A DNA stretch of 44,683 nucleotides, from positions 1 to 44,683 of the forward strand of contig JAKASW010000002.1 in the NCBI GenBank assembly GCA_021818875.1. Reading direction: 5' to 3'. The notes below the pieces were generated by a model. That model ran no database searches, was not told where the DNA came from, and worked only from the letters and a program-made list of their open reading frames with translations. The DNA is from Bacteroidota bacterium (GTDB taxonomy: Bacteria > Bacteroidota > Ignavibacteria > Kryptoniales > JAKASW01). Within the stretch, counting starts at the first letter, position 1, and each line of letters opens with the position of its first letter. Shown one piece after another: positions 19,056 to 27,102 of the stretch. A program made the position numbers and the translations under genes.

Positions 19056-19829
19056 TTAGAAATCTTTTTCGTCTATTTCGTTCATTACAAATGCAAGGAC
19101 AGTCTCCTGACGAACGCGTCTGAACAATCTACTGACATCTCGTCTCTTCGTTTTCTTTGCTTTGACCACAACGATCAGTCCGGTGAGCTGATTAGCTATC
19201 AACGTCGGGAAAGCTCTCGACTGCACTGCCGGCATATCGACAAGGACAAACTCGAATTCTTTGAAAAGAGAGGTGAGCAGACCTCTGAAAGCAAGGAACT
19301 TTGAAGGCGGAATGACTTTGAGGTTGCCGGCCGGCATTGCGAAGAGATTATCAATTTGGGTAGGAACAACACAGATGTCCTCTCCTACCAGTGCCTCTGC
19401 CAGCCCGGGACCGGAAGGTATTCCGAAAACATTATGGATACGGGGGTTGCTCAGATTCAGGTCGACAACCACTGTCTTTCTGCCGGTACCCAGCGAAATT
19501 GCGGTAGCCAGATTGCAAACTGCAGTTGTCTTTCCTTCGCCTCGATTCGGACTTGTTACCCCGAAGCTCAGCTTGATTGTCCTGTAGTCCTGGGGCAGGA
19601 ACAGGGAATAGTTGAATGAATTGTACAGATTGTATTTTATAATTCTTGTATCTACACTGTCGCCCGGGCTCGTATTTATTCTGACTGGACGCGCGTACTC
19701 AATAGGATATCTTGCATTTCCCCTGATGTGGCCGGACATCGGCTCACCATCTTTGGGGTGACCTGAATCGTCGGGATATTTTGAATCAGGAGTAATCATA
19801 AGAATCGGATCCTCGCCATCATTTATCAA
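19056..19829 (-). CDS. BY-kinase-like P-loop ATPase (CpsD/CapB-type, separate polypeptide)
   Basis: Walker A SPNRGEGKTT, Walker A' VVVDLNLSNPRIH, Walker B FVLVDMPAV. It follows a separate PCP/Wzz gene, as in split Wzc systems. Confidence 0.8.
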   Translation of the reverse strand: MINDGEDPILMITPDSKYPDDSGHPKDGEPMSGHIRGNARYPIEYARPVRINTSPGDSVDTRIIKYNLYNSFNYSLFLPQDYRTIKLSFGVTSPNRGEGKTTAVCNLATAISLGTGRKTVVVDLNLSNPRIHNVFGIPSGPGLAEALVGEDICVVPTQIDNLFAMPAGNLKVIPPSKFLAFRGLLTSLFKEFEFVLVDMPAVQSRAFPTLIANQLTGLIVVVKAKKTKRRDVSRLFRRVRQETVLAFVMNEIDEKDF

Positions 19830-19846
19830 TTCCGCACTCTCTTTCC

Positions 19847-21202
19847 TTAGCTTTCATGGCCAGACTTAGGTGCCGGCAAATAAGCAATTATCGGCTTCTC
19901 GAACACTTCTACATCCTCCGGTATTCTTATCCTCGTGTCGAATAATTCCGTAAGCCCCGCTGCGAGGAGCCCAAGGAACAATCCGAGGCCGAGTCCTCCA
20001 CCGACGATTAACGCCCGATTTGGTTTGGCGGGAACAGTGGGCAGTTGTGGTGGATCGATGACAACATACTGTTCTGCACTGTTTTCCCCTATATCCTGGG
20101 TCGCTTGGGCCTGCTCCAGCTTGACTTTCATTTCGTTGTACAGGTTTTTGTAAATCCCGAAGTTCGTCTCCAGTCCCTGGTCCTGACTTTCTGCGACAGC
20201 CGCGTCTTTGACAGATGTTATTGCATTGTTCCTTAGTTTTTCTAAAGACCAAATCTGGGCCTGTTTTCTGACAAGCTCAGACTTGATTGCGTCGGCGACT
20301 AACCGCACCAGTTGCACCACTCTCGCGCGAGCTGTCTGGACGTCTGGAAACGCCTGAGTGTATTGCTGGGAAAGCTGATCATAGCTCGAAACTGCTTTCT
20401 GCAAGTCCGATTGGTAGGGGACATCCAACAGAGGTATCAGGTACAATTGCGACAAGTCAATATGGCTGCCGGGCGTGGCCTTCTCTGCTGTATCAAGGAT
20501 TGCCAATGCCTGTTGGTAATCGCCCACATTCTGCTGCAAAGTCCGGACTTGCTTGTCGTATTCGTTTATGTTCCCATATAACGTCCTCTGGTCTTCAGGC
20601 AACTGATTGAGGCGAACCTTCAATGCATTCACAAGGACGTTCTGGCTTTGCTCAAATTTGTTCTGCAGTTGATTGAGCTTCTTCTCGTAGAAGTCGACCG
20701 CAAACTTGTTCTTCCTGTTTTCGATGTCTGTTTTGGATCGAATGAATAGCGAGGAAAGTATTCTCACCGCCCTTTGCGCATTAGCGGGGACGGTATCATA
20801 ATATGAAATTGTGAATGAGTCGGAGCTGTTGCGATCAGTCTTGATATTTTTCGATATCTGCTTCACCTCAATGTCTCGAGCTGTCGGGCTTAGCTTGCTG
20901 GTCTGGATACCGAGGCTATCCATCAGTGCTTTGATATTCGGTCTACTGTAGACAATCTCGTTGAAATTCGCCAGCCGGTCATAAGTCCCGGACATGCTCA
21001 TCGCCATCCCGTAGCTTAGAAACGGATTCAGCACCGCATCGTTCTGTACCAGTATAGTTGTAGACGAAACGTATTGGTGTTTCATCAAAAAAGCACCCGT
21101 AGTGCTGATTGCCACGACCAGCAGGGTGGGGACGAGAAATGAGACCTTCCTCCTTCTGAGGAGTGCAAGGAATTCTTCGATCGTGAATTGAGGGTTTTTC
21201 AT
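19847..21202 (-). CDS. polysaccharide co-polymerase (Wzz/GumC-like chain-length determinant)
   Basis: N-terminal TM (FLVPTLLVVAISTTGAFLM), a long coiled-coil periplasmic region, and C-terminal PxPxxP plus TM (PPQLPTVPAKPNRALIVGGGLGLGLFLGLLAAGL). Confidence 0.8.
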   Translation of the reverse strand: MKNPQFTIEEFLALLRRRKVSFLVPTLLVVAISTTGAFLMKHQYVSSTTILVQNDAVLNPFLSYGMAMSMSGTYDRLANFNEIVYSRPNIKALMDSLGIQTSKLSPTARDIEVKQISKNIKTDRNSSDSFTISYYDTVPANAQRAVRILSSLFIRSKTDIENRKNKFAVDFYEKKLNQLQNKFEQSQNVLVNALKVRLNQLPEDQRTLYGNINEYDKQVRTLQQNVGDYQQALAILDTAEKATPGSHIDLSQLYLIPLLDVPYQSDLQKAVSSYDQLSQQYTQAFPDVQTARARVVQLVRLVADAIKSELVRKQAQIWSLEKLRNNAITSVKDAAVAESQDQGLETNFGIYKNLYNEMKVKLEQAQATQDIGENSAEQYVVIDPPQLPTVPAKPNRALIVGGGLGLGLFLGLLAAGLTELFDTRIRIPEDVEVFEKPIIAYLPAPKSGHES

Positions 21203-21303
21203 TCATTTCACCTTTTTCGACAAGAGGCTCAAAGAGTGTGCCGCAGTCACCAGCCAAACTCCGTTGCTTTGTAGCCCTTTGAGGCTAGACCATTGAATGT
21301 GAC

Positions 21304-21348
21304 TGTGTACTTTCTACACCAATTTGTTGAAGTGTGTACTTTGTAACC
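21304..21348. promoter_or_regulatory. direct repeat TGTGTACTTT-N-TA-ACC x2 in the divergent wzz/wza intergenic region
   Basis: TGTGTACTTTCTACACC at 21304-21320 and TGTGTACTTTGTAACC at 21333-21348, with starts 29 bp apart, inside the 401-bp gap between the two divergent EPS units. Confidence 0.3.
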
Positions 21349-21603
21349 ACTCTCCGGGCGTAGACTGTTTCCTATATACACAGGCCAGCGATGAGCAGAC
21401 ACGGAACCCCTTCTGCGTTCTAACGAGTATGCCTGCAATTGAGATTTTGAGGGATTTTCTGCTGCGTTGAGTGAGTCTTTACCATGGCATGAAGGTTGAG
21501 CTATTTCACCAGCAAAGGTTCGTACGAGCATCGTCGAAGAGAATCTCGTAAGTGAACCGATCAGATTGAGCAGTTCCAGAAGTCAGCAAAGAGGAAGAAA
21601 GGC

Positions 21604-22458
21604 TTGAAACAAGTATCCAGGAAATTCTATTCGTTCTTCGGATCAGAAGAAAAATGTTCCATTGAATCGGGGATCCGATTCAATGGAAACCTAAAGAGAA
21701 TACTTAGAGCAAATAAGTGGTCTAAAAATCTCGTCCAGTCTGTGCTTCCGTTGTTGATCTTCACCTTCGTTGTCGCAGGCTGCTCACTGGAGACATTGAC
21801 AAGGCCAGCAGCGAGTGATGCCAACCCGCACGCTTCGACCAACGATCCGGCCGTGGCATCGGATGTCGGAATTTCCCAGCCCACAGATTCCTTGCCGGGT
21901 GAGAACATCATCAGACCTGGCGACCAGATCCAGATCACAGTCTGGGGATATCCGGAGTTCAATACGACGACCACGGTGAAGGACTATGGAACAATAACAG
22001 TCCCCTTGATCGGGGAAGTCATTGCGGCCGGGCTGAACGAGCGCCAACTGAGTGAACAGTTGAAACAAAGATTATCAGAATATGTAAAGGGACAAGTAAG
22101 GCTGACCGTCTCGCACATCGGCATGAACAACCGGGTGAGTGTGATGGGAGCGGTGAATAAACAGGGAAATTTTCCTGTGTTGAGCAACCTTTCTTTGATA
22201 GAAGTGATCGCGGACGCCGGCGGAACTACGTCAAGGGCGGATCTGAGGAATATTAAGATATACCGTGGTGGAATTCATTCTGATGTCCTCGCCGTGGACT
22301 TAACAAGGTACCTCAGGAACGGCGATGTTCAACTAATACCCAGGGTCTATCCTGGCGACACAATCTTTATCCCCGAACAAGAGAATTTCATCAGGTCTTT
22401 TGCCGAATATTCTTCGGAGATCGTTCTCATGTTCGGATTCTTCACACTGATCCATTGA
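21604..22458 (+). CDS. wza: outer-membrane polysaccharide export (OPX/Wza-family) lipoprotein
   Basis: Lipobox LLIFTFVVAGCS, Poly_export motif IRPGDQIQITVWGYPEF...YGTITVPLIGEV, and an SLBB-like second half. TTG start with GAGGAAGAAAGG upstream. Confidence 0.8.
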   Translation: MKQVSRKFYSFFGSEEKCSIESGIRFNGNLKRILRANKWSKNLVQSVLPLLIFTFVVAGCSLETLTRPAASDANPHASTNDPAVASDVGISQPTDSLPGENIIRPGDQIQITVWGYPEFNTTTTVKDYGTITVPLIGEVIAAGLNERQLSEQLKQRLSEYVKGQVRLTVSHIGMNNRVSVMGAVNKQGNFPVLSNLSLIEVIADAGGTTSRADLRNIKIYRGGIHSDVLAVDLTRYLRNGDVQLIPRVYPGDTIFIPEQENFIRSFAEYSSEIVLMFGFFTLIH

Positions 22459-23399
22459 TGGAAATGAACCTAAAGAACCTGTTTTATTTGATGTTATTGA
22501 CAATCATGTTGCCTGGTATTGCCCGCAGTCAGTCAAACACTCAGTACACAAATTTTGGACAATTTGTCCAGGATCCGAATGTGGGGGCACGGAACGCCGG
22601 GCTCGCGAACGCAAACATTGCTGAATATCATGACATCACGTCGATGTATGAGAATCCTGCGACCATCGCTTTCCTGGGAAGTCCCTCCATTGTATTTAAT
22701 CATCTTCAAGGCAGCGTGCGTCAGACGCAGGAGAATCTTGCGTTTCCCATACTCTACGGCCAGAATCAGATGTTGGCGTTTAGTGCACAGGTTTTCAACT
22801 TCGGTGAGTTGGTGCAATCGAATACTCGCGGCTGGCGCTTTGGAATGGAATACGATCTTGCCTATGCGCACAAAGTCACTTCTACCTTGAGCCTTGGAGG
22901 CTTGGCAGCGTTTCAGCGGGGGGTGGTTTCGGGGTACAACCAGGTTACTGCAGCGTCCTACGACATCGGTTTAGATTATGTTCCGTCGGGTGGATTCAGC
23001 TATGGCCTTACTTTCAGCAATCTCGGCACAGGGGTGAATTTTCCTAACGGGGAAACCCTGGCGGTGCAAACTGCGTTGCCCAGAACAATTGGGATCGGGG
23101 CGACGATGCGATTCCCTTCGACGGAATCGATCCTGAACCCGTTCTTAATTATTTCAATGGCGACCGAAAAGACTTTCAATCCCGCACAGAATTTCTATAG
23201 AGGTGCAATCGAGTATATACCGGTCAGTTTCCTTTCGCTCAGGTTCGGCTATGTCGCTGGAGCGGGCTACAACGAGCCGACTTTCGGAATTGGATTACAC
23301 ACGTTTCCTGTTGCGCTTGATGTCGCCCTGTACGAGGTAAGAGAAGTCGGCTCGACTCAACCAATCTTACAAGTATCACTTTCAACAGAATTGTGGTGA
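22455..23399 (+). CDS. PorV/PorQ-like (FadL-superfamily) outer-membrane beta-barrel protein
   Basis: Signal peptide MMEMNLKNLFYLMLLTIMLPGIARSQS. GARNAGLANANIAEYHDITSMYENPATIAFL matches the GARa.aMGgA...D....yNPAgla signature. Alternating beta-strand pattern to the C-terminus. The start overlaps the wza stop (ATGA-type overlap). Confidence 0.5.
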   Translation: MMEMNLKNLFYLMLLTIMLPGIARSQSNTQYTNFGQFVQDPNVGARNAGLANANIAEYHDITSMYENPATIAFLGSPSIVFNHLQGSVRQTQENLAFPILYGQNQMLAFSAQVFNFGELVQSNTRGWRFGMEYDLAYAHKVTSTLSLGGLAAFQRGVVSGYNQVTAASYDIGLDYVPSGGFSYGLTFSNLGTGVNFPNGETLAVQTALPRTIGIGATMRFPSTESILNPFLIISMATEKTFNPAQNFYRGAIEYIPVSFLSLRFGYVAGAGYNEPTFGIGLHTFPVALDVALYEVREVGSTQPILQVSLSTELW

Positions 23400-23502
23400 A
23401 CGTGAAAAGAGATCGTGTTTGTTCTTGGAAAATATCCGTGATAGATAAACGAGGCAGGAGGTTCCTCGATTCCCTGAATTCAAACGGAGAGGAGCAAAGC
23501 GA

Positions 23503-25434
23503 ATGACTGTGATTTTTTGCCTGAGCTTCTTGATAGCGGCAGTAATCTCTCTTTCGATTACGCCGGTCGTGATGAAGCTTGCCTTTGCCATCGGTGCAGT
23601 CGACAAACCGGACGAGCGCAAAATCCATAAGCGTGTAATGCCAAGGCTCGGAGGAGTGGCGGCATTCGGCAGCTTTGCGGCAACTCTGGTCGCATTGCAT
23701 TTCATTTTCCCGATGCTTGACCTGGAAGAGGTGATCACCGACGGGAAGTGGGAGCTGGTTGCAGCGTCGTTTGTGATAATATTGACTTTAGGAGTCTGCG
23801 ATGATGTCTGGACATTGAGAGCCGGAAAGAAATTCCTTGTTCAATTGCTCGCTGGCGCGCTTGTTTACTCGGCTGGATTTAGAATTTCCCAAATCACCAA
23901 CCCATTCAGTGGCGGCCTTTTCAAGCTGGGAATTCTTGCGTTCCCGTTGACTGTGTTCTGGGTGGTCGGCATAACGAATGCGTTCAATTTGATTGATGGA
24001 CTCGACGGTCTGGCTTCGGGAATTTCGCTTATCGCCGGCTTGAGCATCGTAGCGATATCGATTTTCCACCACGATATACAAACTGCCGCTGTTGCGCTGG
24101 CACTTGTCGGGGCCGTGTTCGGTTTCCTTAGATATAATTTCAATCCGGCGAAGATATTTCTCGGAGACTCAGGAAGCTTGTTTCTGGGTTTCACGCTGGC
24201 AATCCTTTCGATCGAGAGCTCCACGAAGGGGTCGACTGCATTCTCCCTGATAGTTCCCATTCTTGTATTGGGAGTACCAATCATGGATACAATTCTTGCA
24301 ATGATTCGCCGGGTGTTGCGCTCTTTCATGCCTGACGATTCATCGCGTCGGAGCCCGGCGAAGAAGCTTCGGTCGATGTTCGTTCCAGACCGGCGGCATA
24401 TCCATCACCAGTTGATGGCGACAGGGCTTTCTCACAGAGATGCGGTGATCGTACTCTACATTGCTTCCTGCGCATTTGGGCTCGGGGCTTTCCTGGTTAC
24501 AGCAGGGAGTCTCAGCACCTTACTTCTTCTGGTAGCGGTCGCCATCATAGCTGAATTCGGCGTGAGAAAACTCGGCTATCGTGAAATGGCTTTCATTCGA
24601 AACGGTCTTCTGTTGCGGCTGTACAGTAACACTTTCTTGCGGTCGTCTATAGCACAAATCGTGCTCGATACATTCTCGGTCTTCGGGGCATTCATTATTG
24701 CAAGGTTGTTTGTGACACCCGGCCATATTTTTTTGTATATGTGGAGGAATTGGGCATTTGCCTTTGTCATTGTGTCTACGATTCAATTATTTGCCTTCAT
24801 CGTAGGCGGGCTATATAAGCGGAATGTGAGTCTCTTCGGATTGGGCGACATGCTCCAGGTTCTTAAGGCTACCTTTGTCGGGGTGATAGCAACCGGTGTG
24901 GCGCTGATGTTTCTTCCCGTGTTCCCGAGTGACATTCGAGTGGGACTCTTTGTCCTCCTCGATTTCTATTTCCTGACTACCATGGTCGCAGGGTCGCGCG
25001 TCGTTTTCCATGCGCTCAACTATGTATTTCATAGAGAGACGGTTGAGGGAAAAAGATCGATCATCTATGGCGCGGATCGCAACGGACTCATCACGCTTCA
25101 GTTCCTTCTTTCACAGGGGAACAGCCGGGGATGCTCGCCTGCAGGTTTTCTCGACGATAATCCGAAACTCGAGGGGAAGTACCTCGACGGATACCCGATA
25201 TTCGGAGGGCATTGGAAGCTTGAGAGTCTGCTGAGAAAAATGGACGTCATGGAAATTGTACTTGCCAGCCAGGACATGAATTCGATTGTGCTTGACAGGA
25301 TCAGGAAGACAGCCTCAGGCTACAATATCCCTTTGAGACATTCAGAAATGAAATTCGACAATGTAGGTACGGAGGCGATGCAGAGTAATTCCGCGCCGGC
25401 TTATCTTGAAGAAAGGACTCCGAAAGCCGCTTAG
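23503..25434 (+). CDS. WecA/MraY-family polyprenyl-phosphate HexNAc-1-P transferase fused to extra TM helices and a CoA_binding_3-like cytoplasmic domain
   Basis: N-terminal roughly 335 aa carry NAFNLIDGLDGLASG, FLGDSGSLFLGF and VPIMDTILAMIRR. The C-terminal RSIIYGADRNGLITLQFLL...PAGFLDDNPKLEGKYLDGYPIFGG...VMEIVLAS resembles the Rossmann-like module found at the N-terminus of WbaP/PglF/CapD proteins. Confidence 0.75.
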   Translation: MTVIFCLSFLIAAVISLSITPVVMKLAFAIGAVDKPDERKIHKRVMPRLGGVAAFGSFAATLVALHFIFPMLDLEEVITDGKWELVAASFVIILTLGVCDDVWTLRAGKKFLVQLLAGALVYSAGFRISQITNPFSGGLFKLGILAFPLTVFWVVGITNAFNLIDGLDGLASGISLIAGLSIVAISIFHHDIQTAAVALALVGAVFGFLRYNFNPAKIFLGDSGSLFLGFTLAILSIESSTKGSTAFSLIVPILVLGVPIMDTILAMIRRVLRSFMPDDSSRRSPAKKLRSMFVPDRRHIHHQLMATGLSHRDAVIVLYIASCAFGLGAFLVTAGSLSTLLLLVAVAIIAEFGVRKLGYREMAFIRNGLLLRLYSNTFLRSSIAQIVLDTFSVFGAFIIARLFVTPGHIFLYMWRNWAFAFVIVSTIQLFAFIVGGLYKRNVSLFGLGDMLQVLKATFVGVIATGVALMFLPVFPSDIRVGLFVLLDFYFLTTMVAGSRVVFHALNYVFHRETVEGKRSIIYGADRNGLITLQFLLSQGNSRGCSPAGFLDDNPKLEGKYLDGYPIFGGHWKLESLLRKMDVMEIVLASQDMNSIVLDRIRKTASGYNIPLRHSEMKFDNVGTEAMQSNSAPAYLEERTPKAA

Positions 25435-25457
25435 ATACCGGAGCGGTCCGATTCGTT

Positions 25458-26540
25458 ATGATGGATGACAAAATACATCTCCAGGATTATTTGAAATCAC
25501 TGGGAAGTGAAGTCTATCCTTATGGAAATGTGTCGCATGGCTTCAGAGACATCCTTTCTTATATCGCAGGCCCGTCCGAAATCCGACCTCCAAATATAGT
25601 AATGCCGTCGTTTGTTCCTGCAAAACTGTTTCGTGCCGTCTCCGCGGCAGGATACATACCAAAGTTTTATGATATAAAAGAAGAATGTAGGTTCGATGCC
25701 GATGAAATCGGGAAGCTAGTCGACGAGAAAACCACTGCAATTTTCGTGATCCACTATTTCGGACATCCTGCAGACATTCGGTCGCTGAAAAAGATTGCTG
25801 TTCGAAAGAATGTAAAGTTGATCGAAGATTGTGCACACGTTTTGATAGGGACAACAGACGGAGAGCGTCTAGGGTCATTCGGTGACTTCACAATCTTCAG
25901 TCCGCGTAAGATGCTGCAGCTGCCGAACGGTGGCTTTCTTGTATCGAGGAATCCTCTTCAGAATTTTGTCCCTTCGTATGACCGGCGGGCAGCTACAATC
26001 CGGAGCTCCTCGACGTTCGTCGGGACGCGAGCCAAACGCCTCTATTTCAAGATGTGCCGGTCCCGCGACCCGCTTCATCTCGCCCGCCTGCCGAGAATCG
26101 GTGAATTCGACCCAACTAAGAATGCCCATTTATCCGTGAAGAGAATGTCGCAAGTGACATCGGCTTATAGCAAGGTCGTCAATATCCGGAAAATCTCAGA
26201 GATGAGGAGGCACAACTACTTCCGCCTGCTCGAAGGTCTGAAGGGTCTCAAATCGGTAAACCCGTTGTACCATGATGCTCCGGATGAATGGGAACCTTAC
26301 AGCTTTCCGATGATAGTCCGCGCCGGCGAACGGAAGGCACTCCAGGAAATGCTGCTGGGGGCAGGAATAAGTTGCAGAACGGGATGGCCTGAGTCTCCTT
26401 TTGTGGATGGCCTGCCGGGTACGACGTTCCTGTCTGAGCATTTGATCGAATTGCCGGTCCATCCGTTGATACTGTCGAGTCAGCTTGACAGAATGGTTGA
26501 AACTTGCAATGAATATGAAAGGCAATCCCTCCGAAAATGA
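25458..26540 (+). CDS. DegT/DnrJ/EryC1/StrS-family PLP-dependent sugar aminotransferase (divergent)
   Basis: IFVIHYFGHPADI, LIEDCAHV, GSFGDFTIFSPRKMLQLPNGGFLV (the position of the PLP-binding Lys). Confidence 0.6.
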   Translation: MMDDKIHLQDYLKSLGSEVYPYGNVSHGFRDILSYIAGPSEIRPPNIVMPSFVPAKLFRAVSAAGYIPKFYDIKEECRFDADEIGKLVDEKTTAIFVIHYFGHPADIRSLKKIAVRKNVKLIEDCAHVLIGTTDGERLGSFGDFTIFSPRKMLQLPNGGFLVSRNPLQNFVPSYDRRAATIRSSSTFVGTRAKRLYFKMCRSRDPLHLARLPRIGEFDPTKNAHLSVKRMSQVTSAYSKVVNIRKISEMRRHNYFRLLEGLKGLKSVNPLYHDAPDEWEPYSFPMIVRAGERKALQEMLLGAGISCRTGWPESPFVDGLPGTTFLSEHLIELPVHPLILSSQLDRMVETCNEYERQSLRK

Positions 26541-26573
26541 TGATTTGTCTCAGCGAACTACAAGGCACTATGG

Positions 26574-27035
26574 ATGACTGAAATCCTCGAGAGTATCCCG
26601 GCAAGCAAAGTAGAATCTGAAGAGATGGTTAACGGTGAAGTCTCGCTTTTGATCACTACAGGTCACGACATATTGAATGCAAGGCAAAAGACACGATGGT
26701 TCGCCGAGCAAATCGGCTTCAGAGGAAGCTGGCCGACCATCCTGTCTACTGTTATTTCTGAGCTTGCACGCAATATCCTCGAATCCGCAAGACATGGCAG
26801 CATTCTGATTCAGTCCGTTCGCAATGGAAACAAAAAGGGGATCCTGATCAAGGTGACGGAGAACTCCGGCAGAGGCCAATTCATCCGGGATCAGGCCAGG
26901 AACAATGCGCCATGGTCGCCTCTCACTGAAATCGCCTCTGTGAAATTTCGCAATGCGAGGAGAGTCGCTGATGGATTTGAAATCGGTTATGACCGAGAGG
27001 GAGACGTTTCTTTGAAAGTTCTAAAGTGGCTGTAA
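26574..27035 (+). CDS. RsbW/RsbT-like anti-sigma regulatory factor (GHKL serine kinase)
   Basis: 153 aa. ILNARQKTRWFAEQIGF...ISELARNILESARHGSILIQ has the E...N N-box pattern of small anti-sigma kinases. The G1 box is degenerate (ENSGRG). Confidence 0.55.
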   Translation: MTEILESIPASKVESEEMVNGEVSLLITTGHDILNARQKTRWFAEQIGFRGSWPTILSTVISELARNILESARHGSILIQSVRNGNKKGILIKVTENSGRGQFIRDQARNNAPWSPLTEIASVKFRNARRVADGFEIGYDREGDVSLKVLKWL

Positions 27036-27102
27036 TGAAAAAGAGTAAAGCTGCAATCTATCTAGAATCACCCGGGAAATTCTTCCTGCAGAGAGGCTTA
27101 TC

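Noticed and set aside
21247-21531. A 94-aa ORF on the minus strand in the divergent EPS intergenic region.
   Set aside because: It has no SD, no recognisable motif and odd composition, and it occupies the region where two divergent promoters must lie. It is treated as non-coding.
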